64,000 nucleotides of DNA from Blastocatellia bacterium. Its GTDB lineage: Bacteria > Acidobacteriota > Blastocatellia > UBA7656. How positions within the stretch are numbered: the first letter of the stretch is position 1; each line of letters begins with the position of its first letter. This document shows, piece by piece, positions 19,037 to 29,529 of this stretch. The notes below the pieces were generated by a model that saw only the letters and a program-made list of their open reading frames with translations, did no database searches and was not told the origin of the DNA. The position numbers and the translations under genes are program-made. The stretch is taken from the NCBI GenBank assembly GCA_963765495.1, contig CAVXWP010000008.1:768001-832000 (forward strand). Reading direction: 5' to 3'.

Positions 19037-20692
19037 ATGATCGAAGACCTCTGGTACAAAAACATTGTCATCTACAGTCTGGACCTTGAAACATTCATGG
19101 ATTCGAACGGAGACGGGATCGGCGATTTCGAAGGTCTGATGCGCCGTCTCGATTACCTTCACTCACTTGGCGTGGGTGCCATCTGGCTTGCCCCCTTCCA
19201 ACCTACACCCAATCGAGACAACGGATATGACATCTCCGATTACTTTGGCGTAGACCCCTGTCATGGCTCTGCGGGCGACTTTGTAGAATTCATGCATCAG
19301 GCGCATAAACGCGGGATGAACGTAATCATTGACCTTGTAGTCAATCACACCTCTGATGAACATCCGTGGTTTCAGGAGGCGCGAGTTGATAAGGACTCAA
19401 AGTTCCGCGATTGGTATGTGTGGTCAAAAAAGAAACCGGCCGATTGGAATAAGGGCATGGTCTTCCCTGGAGTCCAGGACGCGACGTGGACCTATGACAA
19501 GAAAGCCCGCGAGTATTACTATCACCGCTTTTACGATTTCCAGCCCGATCTCAACATGGATAATCCCGAGGTCAGGACAGAAATCAGGCGAATCATGGGA
19601 TACTGGCTCGAACTTGGCGTATCCGGATTTCGCGTAGACGCGGTTCCATTTATGATCGAAAGTTTCCCGCCGGGCAAGACAAAGCCTAAATTGAAATTCG
19701 AGTACCTGACAGAGATGAGGGCTTTTTTACAGTGGAGACGCGGTGATGCCATTATGCTTGGAGAGGCTAACGTATTGCCGAAAGAGACAGCAAAATACTT
19801 CGGCGAATCGGGTGACGGCATTCACATGATGTTTAACTTTTACGTAAATCAGCATCTCTTTTATGCTCTCGCAACAGGCGATGTCCGACCGCTCATAAAA
19901 GCCTTAGAGGCCACAAAGGATATTCCACATTCGGCGCAGTGGGCGCAATTCCTGCGCAACCACGATGAACTCGACCTCGGTCGACTCACCGAAAAGCAAA
20001 GAGAGAAGGTCTTTGCGAGGTTTGGACCCGAGAAGAATATGCAGCTTTACAATCGCGGGATTCGCAGGCGGCTGGCCCCGATGCTCGGAACGCAGCGTCA
20101 TATCGAGCTTGCATACAGTGTGCTTTTCTCGCTTCCCGGCACACCGGTCATCCGCTATGGCGACGAGATAGGAATGGGCGATGATCTAAGCCTCAAGGAA
20201 CGCGATGCCGTGCGCACGCCTATGCAGTGGTCGAATGAGCCGCAGGCGGGGTTTTCGCTCTCGGAAAAGACCGTTCACCCTGTCATCAACAATGGACCGT
20301 ATAGTTGCGAAGAGGTAAATGTAGAGACGCAGAGGCGGGACCCGAATTCCCTTCTCAACTGGATGACCAGCATGATTCGATTGCGGAAAGAATGCCCCGA
20401 GATCGGGTGGGGAGACTGGACGATAATGGAGACCGGGTCAGAAAGCGTACTTGCAATCCGTTTTGACTGGAGAAGAAATTCGTTGATCGTGATCCACAAC
20501 TTCGACGAAAAACCTCATGAAGTGGTTATCAAGCCGGGCCGCGAAGGCGGTGAGAAACTGGTCAATCTATTGATCGAAGATCAGAGCGATGCGGAGAAGG
20601 ACGGCACGCACAGGATCAGCCTCGAAGGGTACGGATATCGCTGGTATCGCATCGGAGGACTGAATCACATCCTGCACAGAGAGAAGGCATAA
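19037..20692 (+). CDS. GH13 alpha-amylase family, trehalose synthase (TreS)-like
   Basis: DSNGDGIGDF, DNGYD, DLVVNHTS, QPDLN, GFRVDAV, FLRNHDELDL and YGDEIGMGD motifs. Confidence 0.85.
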   Translation: MIEDLWYKNIVIYSLDLETFMDSNGDGIGDFEGLMRRLDYLHSLGVGAIWLAPFQPTPNRDNGYDISDYFGVDPCHGSAGDFVEFMHQAHKRGMNVIIDLVVNHTSDEHPWFQEARVDKDSKFRDWYVWSKKKPADWNKGMVFPGVQDATWTYDKKAREYYYHRFYDFQPDLNMDNPEVRTEIRRIMGYWLELGVSGFRVDAVPFMIESFPPGKTKPKLKFEYLTEMRAFLQWRRGDAIMLGEANVLPKETAKYFGESGDGIHMMFNFYVNQHLFYALATGDVRPLIKALEATKDIPHSAQWAQFLRNHDELDLGRLTEKQREKVFARFGPEKNMQLYNRGIRRRLAPMLGTQRHIELAYSVLFSLPGTPVIRYGDEIGMGDDLSLKERDAVRTPMQWSNEPQAGFSLSEKTVHPVINNGPYSCEEVNVETQRRDPNSLLNWMTSMIRLRKECPEIGWGDWTIMETGSESVLAIRFDWRRNSLIVIHNFDEKPHEVVIKPGREGGEKLVNLLIEDQSDAEKDGTHRISLEGYGYRWYRIGGLNHILHREKA

Positions 20693-20740
20693 GTAGTAAT
20701 TTCGAGGCCAGGATTTCATCATTCGTGGTAGGATACCGAC

Positions 20741-21268
20741 ATGATCGAAAGAGGGGCTTGTATCATACGTTTTGGCGCTACGAAGGATGCATCTACGCTT
20801 GCTGAGATTGGCGCGCGCACTTTTTATGATACCTTTGCCGCCAATAATACGCCCGAAGATATGTCTGCCTATATCGCCGAATCGTTTGGTGAAGCTGTCC
20901 AATATCAAGAACTCTCGGACCCTGAAACAAGATTTTTGATTGCCGAAATTGATGGGGTCATGGCGGGATATGCAAAGCTGCAACTGGATGCTTATACATC
21001 GTGTTCAAATGGTCTAAACCAGGTTGAACTCGCCCGATTGTATGTAGTTCAGGGGTTGATCGGGAAGGGGGTAGGAGCAGCCTTGATGGAAAAATGCATC
21101 ACAGAAATGCCGCAAGCAGGGTTCGAGACAATGTGGCTTGGTGTATGGGAACAAAACATACGGGCAAAGCAGTTTTACGAAAAATGGGGATTTCGTGTAA
21201 TCGGAGAGCAGACATTTCAACTGGGAGCGGATTTGCAGAGGGACCTGGTTATGGAAAGAACTCTGTAA
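20741..21268 (+). CDS. GNAT acetyltransferase (PaiA-like)
   Basis: LARLYV, GKGVG, WLGVWEQN and FYEKWGF motifs. Confidence 0.88.
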   Translation: MIERGACIIRFGATKDASTLAEIGARTFYDTFAANNTPEDMSAYIAESFGEAVQYQELSDPETRFLIAEIDGVMAGYAKLQLDAYTSCSNGLNQVELARLYVVQGLIGKGVGAALMEKCITEMPQAGFETMWLGVWEQNIRAKQFYEKWGFRVIGEQTFQLGADLQRDLVMERTL

Positions 21269-21301
21269 GGATAACTTATCGGGAATCGGGAGTAAGCACG
21301 A

Positions 21302-21667
21302 ATGCCAAAGATTCTACAAAACCATTATGTCCTGGCCGTTCACGACCTGAAAGGATCAGCGCAATTTTTCCTCGATCTCGGTTTCGAGGTGACATCTGAG
21401 CCGCCCGGCTGGATATTCGTTAAAAAAGATAATTGCATGATAATGCTCGGTGAGTGCCGCGATGATGCGCCCCCAGGCGAGTTGGGGTCTCATAGTTATT
21501 TTGGCTATCTGCGCGTAGACGATGCAGACGCTTATTACAATGAGGTAAGGGCAAAAGGTATCAACATCCTGTCACCGATTGCGAACAAGCCCTGGGGTAT
21601 GCGTGAGTTTTCGCTGGCAACGCCCGAGGGACACAGGATCAATATCGGCCAATGGATCGGTGAATAA
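21302..21667 (+). CDS. VOC/glyoxalase family protein
   Basis: YLRVDDADAYY and KPWGMREF...PEGH motifs. Confidence 0.88.
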   Translation: MPKILQNHYVLAVHDLKGSAQFFLDLGFEVTSEPPGWIFVKKDNCMIMLGECRDDAPPGELGSHSYFGYLRVDDADAYYNEVRAKGINILSPIANKPWGMREFSLATPEGHRINIGQWIGE

Positions 21668-21793
21668 AATGACTTATGGTTAGCGTTTGGCTGGAAGCCT
21701 TGCAAGACCCTCATTCATCGCGAAATATGATTCCGGGTCTTTGATTCAGTTTGCCTGACTTTTACCTTGCGGATAACATTCACGTGAGGCTTT

Positions 21794-22324
21794 ATGGAAC
21801 CGATTCTCTTTTGCCCACAATGCGGCTCTCAAAATAATAGCGGCAAATTCTGTAGAAGGTGCGGTACAAATCTGGTCATTGTCTCAGAGGCTATCTCAAA
21901 ATCTCAGCCTGATCACCTGGCATCAACCTACGCAAGCGGCGGAAGCACTATTCGCGTCTTCAGCGGGGCGAATATTACGAATCGTGGTAAAGACCTCAAC
22001 GGCCATACTACGTTGGCGCTCTTCGGGGGGATAAAAATAGACCTCACCGCAGCGCCTTTGCCGGACGGGGAAATCGTGTTAAATGTAATTTCGATTTTCG
22101 GGGGGACTGAGATTGTAGTGCCGGAAGATGTGGGCCTGCAAATAACGGGTATTACAATTTGCGGAGGGTTTGAAATAAGTAAAGAGGACGCCTCGGGCGG
22201 CCTTTTTCACGAGAATGATTATTATGAACCCGATTATGAGCAGATGCCCCAGAGAATACACATAAAGGCGACGACATTGTTTGGAGGGTTCGAAGTAAAG
22301 AGAAAGCCCCCCAACAGGTGGTAG
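21794..22324 (+). CDS. Zinc-ribbon protein with LiaF/DUF2154-like beta-repeat domain
   Basis: CPQCG...FCRRCG N-terminus; repeated FGG motifs (ALFGGIKIDL, IFGGTEIVVP, LFGGFEV). Confidence 0.7.
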   Translation: MEPILFCPQCGSQNNSGKFCRRCGTNLVIVSEAISKSQPDHLASTYASGGSTIRVFSGANITNRGKDLNGHTTLALFGGIKIDLTAAPLPDGEIVLNVISIFGGTEIVVPEDVGLQITGITICGGFEISKEDASGGLFHENDYYEPDYEQMPQRIHIKATTLFGGFEVKRKPPNRW

Positions 22325-22461
22325 CGATGATAATTTTTTTAGTTGTCGATACTTTGAATTGCTGACCAACCGTCTACATAAAGCGTGTAGTCAGAAAGAG
22401 GGTCAGCACAAAGACTGAAACCCTGGCACAGATGCATCTCTCCTGATCTTCATTTCATGAA

Positions 22462-24318
22462 TCATTTCTTTTCATCCGGGCTCAACTTGTTCTTGAGCCG
22501 GGTTATCTGCTCAGGGTTTTCAGTAATTGAGAGAGCTTTTTGCCAGGCCTGTTTGGCCTCCTCTTTTTTCCCTGTCCGATCGAGGATGTCGCCGCTATGC
22601 TCATACATAGTAGGGGACTTGCCTCCAACTTTCATAGCTTGATTTATATACTTTTCGGCTTCTGCGAGTTTACCCAGCTTGAAGTATACCCACCCAAGGC
22701 TGTCGAGAAATGACGGATTTTCAGGTTCGGCGTCAACGGCTTTTCTTATCATAACCAGCGCCTCATCCAGCTTCTCATTTCTCTCTACCATAATGTAGCC
22801 CAGATTGTTTAGCCCCCAGGGGTTATCAGGCTCAACCCGCAACACTTCCCGGTATTGCGTCTCAGCCTCAGCCGTCTTCCCGATATGCGAAAGATAAGAG
22901 CCCAGCCCGAGTCTCAATCTGGCATCCTCAGGCGCAAGCTTCACAGCTTTTCTTATCAGAGCCTCTGCATCCTGCTCCTTCTTCTGAAGTATCAGCACAC
23001 CGGCCAGACCCATGTATACCCCGGGTATGTCGGACCTTAGCTTTAGCGATTGCCTGTATGCCGCCTCAGCTTCCGCGAACTGAGCCATATGGGCATAGAC
23101 ATCTCCAAGATTGGCAAATGCATATGAGTTCTCAGGGTCGAGTTTGATCGCTTTCTTTATGGTAACAACTGCCTCGTCGTAACGAGCCAGATCGTGATAA
23201 ATCGAGGCCAGACGCACAAAACCATCTGAATAATCGGGCTTTAACTTAACGGCTTCTTCCATCGCTTCACGAGCTTCATCATAACGATGCAGCCGCAAAT
23301 AACTCATCCCCAGTTCACTGTATACCTTGTGCCTTTGCCAATATTTCGCGTCTGCTTCAAGCGCCTGATTGTATGCATAGATCGCATCCTCAAATTTTTG
23401 TTGCAGCAAATAAACCCACCCGAGGTTGTGATATGCGATGGCTGATTTGGGATCGATCCTGGTTGATTCAAGCAGAGCGGCGATGGCGTCTTCGTATCGT
23501 TTTAACTGTATTAGACTCCATCCAAGCGTATTGTAGTAGGCTGAGTTATCCGGGTGGAGTTCGATCAACCGCGTGAGTATTTCAACCTCTTCGGCGTATC
23601 GCTTACGTTTACTCAGCGCCGTTGACAGTAGATCGAGGATTTCCGTGGAATCGGGGAGTACAATAATCGCCTGATTGTAGGTCTCTATCTCATCGTCCAC
23701 GCGACCGGATTCGCTATAAAGGGCTCCCAGATTTATATATGCCTGCTGATAATCGGGCTTTATCTGAATGGCTACCTTATACTCTTTTATCGCCTCCTCA
23801 TACTCATCCTCTTCCTCATAAGCCCGAGCGAGCCAGTTATGCGCCTCCGGGGAGTATGGATTGGAAAGGGCGGCTTCCTTCGCCTTCTCTAAATCGTCTT
23901 TCCCGCTGTTGTAATTCTCTTTCAGGTCAAAAGAAATAACTATATTCCCAACAACCCTGACGGCCTTTCCATCGACAAGCTGCGGTCTGAACTTCCATTC
24001 GCGCGCTGCTTTGACGGCGGCCTCTTTTAGCAGCGGGTGCCCCCTTTGCGCAATCGCCTTTGTAACGTTTCCTTCCTTATCAAGAGTCACCTCAACCCAA
24101 ATTTCTCCTTCAACCCCGGCGGCGGCGGCGAGAGGCGGATACACAGGATCAACTTTCGTTATGACAAAAGCCTGTAGTCCGATGCCAACTTTAACTGTCT
24201 GATCAGCCTCCTGGACAGGGTTCGATTTTTGATAACTCTTTGCCTGCACATTCGCAAACAGACACAGGGCGATTACAAGTATTAGAAATAGTCTCGGGCG
24301 CATGACCGGGTTCTGCAT
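22462..24318 (-). CDS. TonB C-terminal domain fused to a long TPR array
   Basis: Signal peptide; P.YP..A...GVEG.....V.LDKEG.V...GHPLL...AA.EWKF TonB_C motif; more than 10 TPRs ending LNNLGY...LDSLGW. Confidence 0.85.
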   Translation of the reverse strand: MQNPVMRPRLFLILVIALCLFANVQAKSYQKSNPVQEADQTVKVGIGLQAFVITKVDPVYPPLAAAAGVEGEIWVEVTLDKEGNVTKAIAQRGHPLLKEAAVKAAREWKFRPQLVDGKAVRVVGNIVISFDLKENYNSGKDDLEKAKEAALSNPYSPEAHNWLARAYEEEDEYEEAIKEYKVAIQIKPDYQQAYINLGALYSESGRVDDEIETYNQAIIVLPDSTEILDLLSTALSKRKRYAEEVEILTRLIELHPDNSAYYNTLGWSLIQLKRYEDAIAALLESTRIDPKSAIAYHNLGWVYLLQQKFEDAIYAYNQALEADAKYWQRHKVYSELGMSYLRLHRYDEAREAMEEAVKLKPDYSDGFVRLASIYHDLARYDEAVVTIKKAIKLDPENSYAFANLGDVYAHMAQFAEAEAAYRQSLKLRSDIPGVYMGLAGVLILQKKEQDAEALIRKAVKLAPEDARLRLGLGSYLSHIGKTAEAETQYREVLRVEPDNPWGLNNLGYIMVERNEKLDEALVMIRKAVDAEPENPSFLDSLGWVYFKLGKLAEAEKYINQAMKVGGKSPTMYEHSGDILDRTGKKEEAKQAWQKALSITENPEQITRLKNKLSPDEKK

Positions 24319-24492
24319 CTTTCCTCCTGTAGTTTTGTTGATCGCGGGACGAAGGTAAATCCTACAATAGAACCCGATCAGATGCAAATTTGACTGTAAA
24401 ATCCTTTTGTTTTCATGGCGCGACTTGACATTACAGGTTGAGCGCGATATTCAAGGAATGCTCGTCGAAATCATACGAATGCGGTTTAAGAT

Positions 24493-25548
24493 ATGCGAAC
24501 AAAATTAAAGTCTACCGTTGTGCTCGTTTCGGTTGTGCTGTTCTTATTTGCTTACCTCAACCTCTCTGCCACGATTACGAAAGATGCCCGCGCCGGACAT
24601 CTTCAAGCAAAAGAGCCAGGTGGTCAGGCAGCCACGCAGTCAAAAAAGCTCGACCCTGCCGCCTGGGGAAGCAATCATGCAGGCAAACCTGTGCCCGAAT
24701 ACATCCACGGAGATGAATGCCTCTTCTGCCATCGTAACGACATAGGCCCCGGCTGGCAGAAGAACGCCCACGGCATAACAGTGCGCCAGCGTGAGGATGC
24801 GCCGGAGCTTATGGCTTTACTGAAGACACAACCCGGTCTGGCGAGTCTTGCCCCCCAAATCGAGTATTTCATGGGAAGCAGGCATCGCGTTAGATTTCTA
24901 AAGAAAGAGGGCTACGGCAAGTTCGCGATCCTCAACACACAGGCAGAGCCTGCCACAGACGGGCAAGCTCCGAAATGGATTGATTTGAAAGACCCCTCCT
25001 GGGACAAGGATCGTTTTGCCAATCGTTGCGCGGGCTGTCATACGACTGGCATCGACGCGGAAACAAAAGCATTCTCGGCCTTCGGGATAGACTGCTATGC
25101 CTGTCACGGAGTCGTAGACCTGAATCATTCGGCCGACACGTCGCTCATCTTCCTCTCGAAGAAGCGACGCAAGGATGAGCTTGCCATAACCTCAACCTGC
25201 GCTCAGTGCCATATTCGCATAGGGAAGTCACGATCAACAGGCTTGCCTTATCCAAATAATTTTGTTGCCGGTGACAACCTCTTTCAAGATTTCGAGGTGG
25301 ATTTTTCGAGGGCCGATGATGAGACACTCAATCCCGGAGACCGGCATATCCTGCAAAATGTGCGGGACATAGTGGTGAACGGGTCGGAGTTTCCTACCTG
25401 TATCACCTGCCACGATCTTCACAAGCAGACAAGCTTCAAGCACCGCCGAGCGCCACGAACGGCAATCTGCGCGGATTGTCACGAAGCCGAAGGGACTATA
25501 AAAGGCAGCAAACCCTTCACGGTTCACAGCGGGTTGTGCGAATACTGA
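24493..25548 (+). CDS. Exported multiheme (six CxxCH) cytochrome c
   Basis: CLFCH, CAGCH, CYACH, CAQCH, CITCH and CADCH; N-terminal hydrophobic segment. Confidence 0.88.
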   Translation: MRTKLKSTVVLVSVVLFLFAYLNLSATITKDARAGHLQAKEPGGQAATQSKKLDPAAWGSNHAGKPVPEYIHGDECLFCHRNDIGPGWQKNAHGITVRQREDAPELMALLKTQPGLASLAPQIEYFMGSRHRVRFLKKEGYGKFAILNTQAEPATDGQAPKWIDLKDPSWDKDRFANRCAGCHTTGIDAETKAFSAFGIDCYACHGVVDLNHSADTSLIFLSKKRRKDELAITSTCAQCHIRIGKSRSTGLPYPNNFVAGDNLFQDFEVDFSRADDETLNPGDRHILQNVRDIVVNGSEFPTCITCHDLHKQTSFKHRRAPRTAICADCHEAEGTIKGSKPFTVHSGLCEY

Positions 25549-25551
25549 GAG

Positions 25552-25646
25552 GTGATGTGTGATACGTGATGCGTGATTCGTGAACTATAAGCAGTTTTAC
25601 TTCTAACAGGGTATGTCACGCATCACGCATCACGCATCACGCATCA
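25552..25646. repeat. Inverted heptamer arrays, (GTGATNN)n and (TCACGCA)x4
   Basis: Left arm 25552-25584, right arm 25616-25646; lies between convergent genes. Confidence 0.85.
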
Positions 25647-25933
25647 GCACCAATACCTGTCGAACGGGCGCGATTACGATACTCTATCGCCTGCCCTATG
25701 ACCCTTCGATATTCTGTGACATCGACATCCCGCTCACAGCAAAGCAACATGAGATTGCCGTCGTCGCGGAAGTTTCCGTCCCACTCGATGACCTGCTCAT
25801 CGCTCCAATCCGGGGTATAGCCCCGCATCTTTTCGTCGGGCATGCGGTCGAAATAGGCGCGCAGATTTATCCCGGTCTCATCCAGCGGTTCGTCAGTAGG
25901 CTCCTGCTCAAAATTCCAGATAGGTTGTTCCAT
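25637..25933 (-). CDS. Hypothetical small acidic protein (98 aa)
   Basis: [12 protein letters not shown]...LLCCERDVD; AAGGG upstream of the ATG; protein-like composition. Confidence 0.7.
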   Translation of the reverse strand: MEQPIWNFEQEPTDEPLDETGINLRAYFDRMPDEKMRGYTPDWSDEQVIEWDGNFRDDGNLMLLCCERDVDVTEYRRVIGQAIEYRNRARSTGIGADA

Positions 25934-26037
25934 ATCCCTTTTACTCTTTGACTGGCCGACAAAACCATGGGTCGAGTCACTGCAAAGGGGCTGGCAAGAT
26001 CGAACGATCTCGCCAGCCCTGAACTCGAATTCCTCGA

Positions 26038-27549
26038 TTAATCGTCGGCTCTTACCCACCCATAGGCAGCGTTGCTTCTCTGGCCGCCCCTCTCAAGATA
26101 AGCGGTCTTCAGTCTTTCCAGCGTGTCTGCCGGAAATGCCTTGCGCTTCTCTTTCACGTTTACTTTGTAGATTCGCGCCGCATTCAAACCGAATATCTTT
26201 GCTTTATCTTCCTTTGTCAGCTTTTTGTAGCCAAACTTCTCGCACAACTCATCGCTGATCTGGAAGCGCTTAAATGCGTCGATTGCCCACTGAGGCGAGC
26301 CCCACCACAGACAGTCCGTCCCCCAGACAACGTGATCCGCGCCGTAATTTTTTATGTTCTTGCCTATGCCGTGCATGGCCATCACAGGGTCGGCGACCAC
26401 AAGGACGTTAAAGAAGCTGCCTATCTCGCAATATACGTTGTTCATCTTCGGGTTTCGCTTCTTTATGTCCATAAGGATAGAGTGCCATTCGAAATCACCC
26501 GTAGTCGGATCGTACTTGTCGCTCTCTTTCCAATCCGGCTCGTTCGGGCCGTGCTGTATCGCCGAATGATAAACGACAAAGGTAAAATCCGGGTTTCGGA
26601 GCGCGGCCTTTTCAACATCCTTCGGGTTTGCCAGGTGGCCGAGTGTTCGTGACTGGTATGAGTATCCCTTGTGCACGCTTATGGTCTTCATACCGCGCTT
26701 GCGCGATTCTTCGATAAACCACTGCGCGTTGTCATCATCCATCTGGAATCCGTTCCCCGACCTCCCGGGATCGGTGTGGCAATACCATTTCCAGGAATCG
26801 ATCTTGTAGAGATTCAACTCTCGCTCCATCTGTTCGATTGTAGCCGCCTTGTTCATCGAGTTGGTCGCCTTGTCCCAGTAATGATTCGGCGCGAGATTGC
26901 CCTGACAAAGCACGCGATGCGAACCGGACAGGTCATTCAATTCCTTCTTCTTTTCCGCCATAAGCCAGCTTGGCAGGATTCCCCCGTATGGCGTGCGCGC
27001 TTTGCCTTCGAGCACTTTACCGTCCTGGTCCTTCTGGAGTTCCATACCGGGCACGCCTGATATGACCAGCATCTCGGTTTCACTGTCAAAGAACATCTCT
27101 TTTACGAAATTACGAAAGCTATAGGATTCAACATCGTTCTTGAGGTTAAATCCCATGTTCTTGACAAATTCCATGTCCCTGAAAGGCAGCGCGATTCCGT
27201 TTGTGAAATGTGACTGCACGTCGAGGACGAAGTACTCGCCTTTTGGGAATTTTTCTTCGATTGCGGCCAGTTCAAAGGTTTCTGCCTCATCAACATCCCA
27301 AACCTTGCCAAATACCTTATTCTGAGCCAGAAAGCATGTCGCAAGCCCCATGGCACTTGCCATAAAGGTACGCCGGTCCATGCCGAGTTTCTTCGAGCGA
27401 TGATCGGCCATCTCGCCTATCAGGTTTTCGACCTTCTTCTGTTGGAGGTTCTGCGGGCGCGGAGTGAACTCTTCATTTGAGACCACCTGAGTCGGCATCG
27501 GCGAATCAACGCCTTTTCTAATATCTCGAAGCGCTTTTCGAATCCACAT
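26038..27549 (-). CDS. Amidohydrolase-2 family metallohydrolase
   Basis: DVQSH, WKWY, VHKG, VVYHS, WGTDCLW and KIFGLNAAR motifs; internal DRRTFM motif. Confidence 0.8.
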   Translation of the reverse strand: MWIRKALRDIRKGVDSPMPTQVVSNEEFTPRPQNLQQKKVENLIGEMADHRSKKLGMDRRTFMASAMGLATCFLAQNKVFGKVWDVDEAETFELAAIEEKFPKGEYFVLDVQSHFTNGIALPFRDMEFVKNMGFNLKNDVESYSFRNFVKEMFFDSETEMLVISGVPGMELQKDQDGKVLEGKARTPYGGILPSWLMAEKKKELNDLSGSHRVLCQGNLAPNHYWDKATNSMNKAATIEQMERELNLYKIDSWKWYCHTDPGRSGNGFQMDDDNAQWFIEESRKRGMKTISVHKGYSYQSRTLGHLANPKDVEKAALRNPDFTFVVYHSAIQHGPNEPDWKESDKYDPTTGDFEWHSILMDIKKRNPKMNNVYCEIGSFFNVLVVADPVMAMHGIGKNIKNYGADHVVWGTDCLWWGSPQWAIDAFKRFQISDELCEKFGYKKLTKEDKAKIFGLNAARIYKVNVKEKRKAFPADTLERLKTAYLERGGQRSNAAYGWVRADD

Positions 27550-27765
27550 ATAACTCTTTCCTTTCAAAAGATAAAAATACCGGGCGTCATCTGCAAACCA
27601 GCCAACAGGCCATTCCGAGGCCCGGCAGCCTGTCTACTTAACTGACAGGCTAAATGTTCGGGTCCGAACTCCACTATTCATTTGCAGATTTGTTGAGCAG
27701 TTTATACCATCACCGGGCAATTTGCACGTGGAGATTGGCAGCAATCAGGAGTCTGCCGCCGCCAT

Positions 27766-29418
27766 TCAAGAGAGGATTATGTCTTCCCTTACCCGACCGA
27801 CAAGGTTCGCAACCGCATCAATCAGGGACCGCATTTCTACAGGCTTCGACAGGTAATCCTGATAGCCGGAGGAGAGCAGCCGCAAACGATCCTCGGGTCT
27901 CGCATACCCTGTAAGCGCGATTGCGGGAATATTCCCTCCTCGGTCCGGCTCGCGCGCCCTGACCCGATCTATTAGAGAATAGCCATCCTCGTAAGGCATC
28001 CCTATATCGGATACAAGGATTTCGGGAACCCACTGGTCAAATATTTTTAGCGCCTCGTCCGTCGATCCTGACACTCTGACTTCCGCGCCGTGTTGCGCCA
28101 GTATCGCCTCGAGCATTTCGCGAGCATCCTGCTCGTCGTCAATGATCAGCACGCGAACTCCTCTCAAGACCGATTCAGGAGCCAGCGTCGTTTTGTTCTT
28201 CCCGGATGAATGAACGTCCTGCTCAGGGCTCAACACCGACTCACTCGTTTGAGGCGCAGGAGCGTCGGTGGCAATCGAGGGAATCAGGGGCAATCTTACG
28301 ATAAAGGTTGCGCCATGCCCCTCTCCCGGGCTCGCAGCGTGAACCGTTCCGCCGTGAATTTCGACCAGATGCCGTACGATTGCCAGCCCCAGGCCAAGCC
28401 CGCTGTGCTGGCGAGTGCTTGTGCTGTCGGCCTGACGAAACCGATCAAATACAAAAGGGAGAAACTCCGCGCTGATTCCGCTGCCGGTATCACTGACCGC
28501 TATCTCGACCATCGAATCAACCCGCGAGAGTCGGACCCGGACAGTCCCATCTTTAGGCGTGAATTTTATGGCATTTGAAACCAGGTTCCATACGATCTGT
28601 TGCAGGCGGTTTGGGTCGCCCGAGACCAGACATGTATCGGGATCAAGCGATGATTCCAGTCGAATGGACCTGGCCTCGGCGGCAAGCCGCATGGCATCGA
28701 GCGCCGATTCTATTACGGGCACCAGATTGACCGGCACAACCGTCACGTTGAGCTTCCCGGAAATGATGCGGGATACATCCAGTATATCTTCTATTATCTT
28801 CGTCTGAACTTTCACATTGCGGTCAATAATCTCAAGCCCATGCGCGTAGGACTCGGGGTTGAGCTTCTTTGAACGCATGATCTGCACCCATCCGGCGATG
28901 GCGTTTAGAGGCGTTCGTAATTCGTGAGAGACTGTTGCGAGAAACTCATCCTTGCTGCGGTTTGCAGCCTCGGCCTCCTTGCGGGCGGCCTTTTCACGTC
29001 CGAGTAACCTGACAAGCTGTTCTTCACGTGCGATTCGCTCGGTTACGTCGTCAATGATCGTGATCGTGCCTACAATGTTCTCATGTTCTATCAACGGAGC
29101 GATGCGGGCGCTTTGCTGCATAAAACGGAACGATGTCTCATCAATCTGGGGCTTCATCGGCAGCAAATAACGGTGGAGGCGATGTGAGAGCAGCCTTATC
29201 TGACCGGCAAGCGCGTCTCTATAGTATTGGTCCAAACCGCGCTCTACAAGTTCAGGAAACTCTTGAAGAAGGTTGCGACCGATCAGATTGGACGCAGTAT
29301 GACCGCTGCGGATTTCCAGCCAGTGATTCCATCCGCATATGGTCAACTCGGCATCGGTCATGAAAATGCCCTGCGCCGAAAGCTCGTTCATCCAGCGCAG
29401 CGCAGCTTCGTTTAACAT
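27766..29418 (-). CDS. Hybrid sensor kinase PAS-HisKA-HATPase-REC
   Basis: SHELRTPL H-box, NLVSNAIKF, DTGSGI, GLGLGL and a C-terminal REC domain. ATG at 29418 has a strong GGAGG RBS (the ORF track starts at 29490). Confidence 0.92.
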   Translation of the reverse strand: MLNEAALRWMNELSAQGIFMTDAELTICGWNHWLEIRSGHTASNLIGRNLLQEFPELVERGLDQYYRDALAGQIRLLSHRLHRYLLPMKPQIDETSFRFMQQSARIAPLIEHENIVGTITIIDDVTERIAREEQLVRLLGREKAARKEAEAANRSKDEFLATVSHELRTPLNAIAGWVQIMRSKKLNPESYAHGLEIIDRNVKVQTKIIEDILDVSRIISGKLNVTVVPVNLVPVIESALDAMRLAAEARSIRLESSLDPDTCLVSGDPNRLQQIVWNLVSNAIKFTPKDGTVRVRLSRVDSMVEIAVSDTGSGISAEFLPFVFDRFRQADSTSTRQHSGLGLGLAIVRHLVEIHGGTVHAASPGEGHGATFIVRLPLIPSIATDAPAPQTSESVLSPEQDVHSSGKNKTTLAPESVLRGVRVLIIDDEQDAREMLEAILAQHGAEVRVSGSTDEALKIFDQWVPEILVSDIGMPYEDGYSLIDRVRAREPDRGGNIPAIALTGYARPEDRLRLLSSGYQDYLSKPVEMRSLIDAVANLVGRVREDIILS

Positions 29419-29529
29419 TTCCCTCCCTCCGACTAACACAATCCTTCTATCATAATCTCTCAGGATTTCCTCAAGATCATTTATATCCACTCAAGGTAAA
29501 AATGGCGTTTGATGAACTCCGCATACGGT

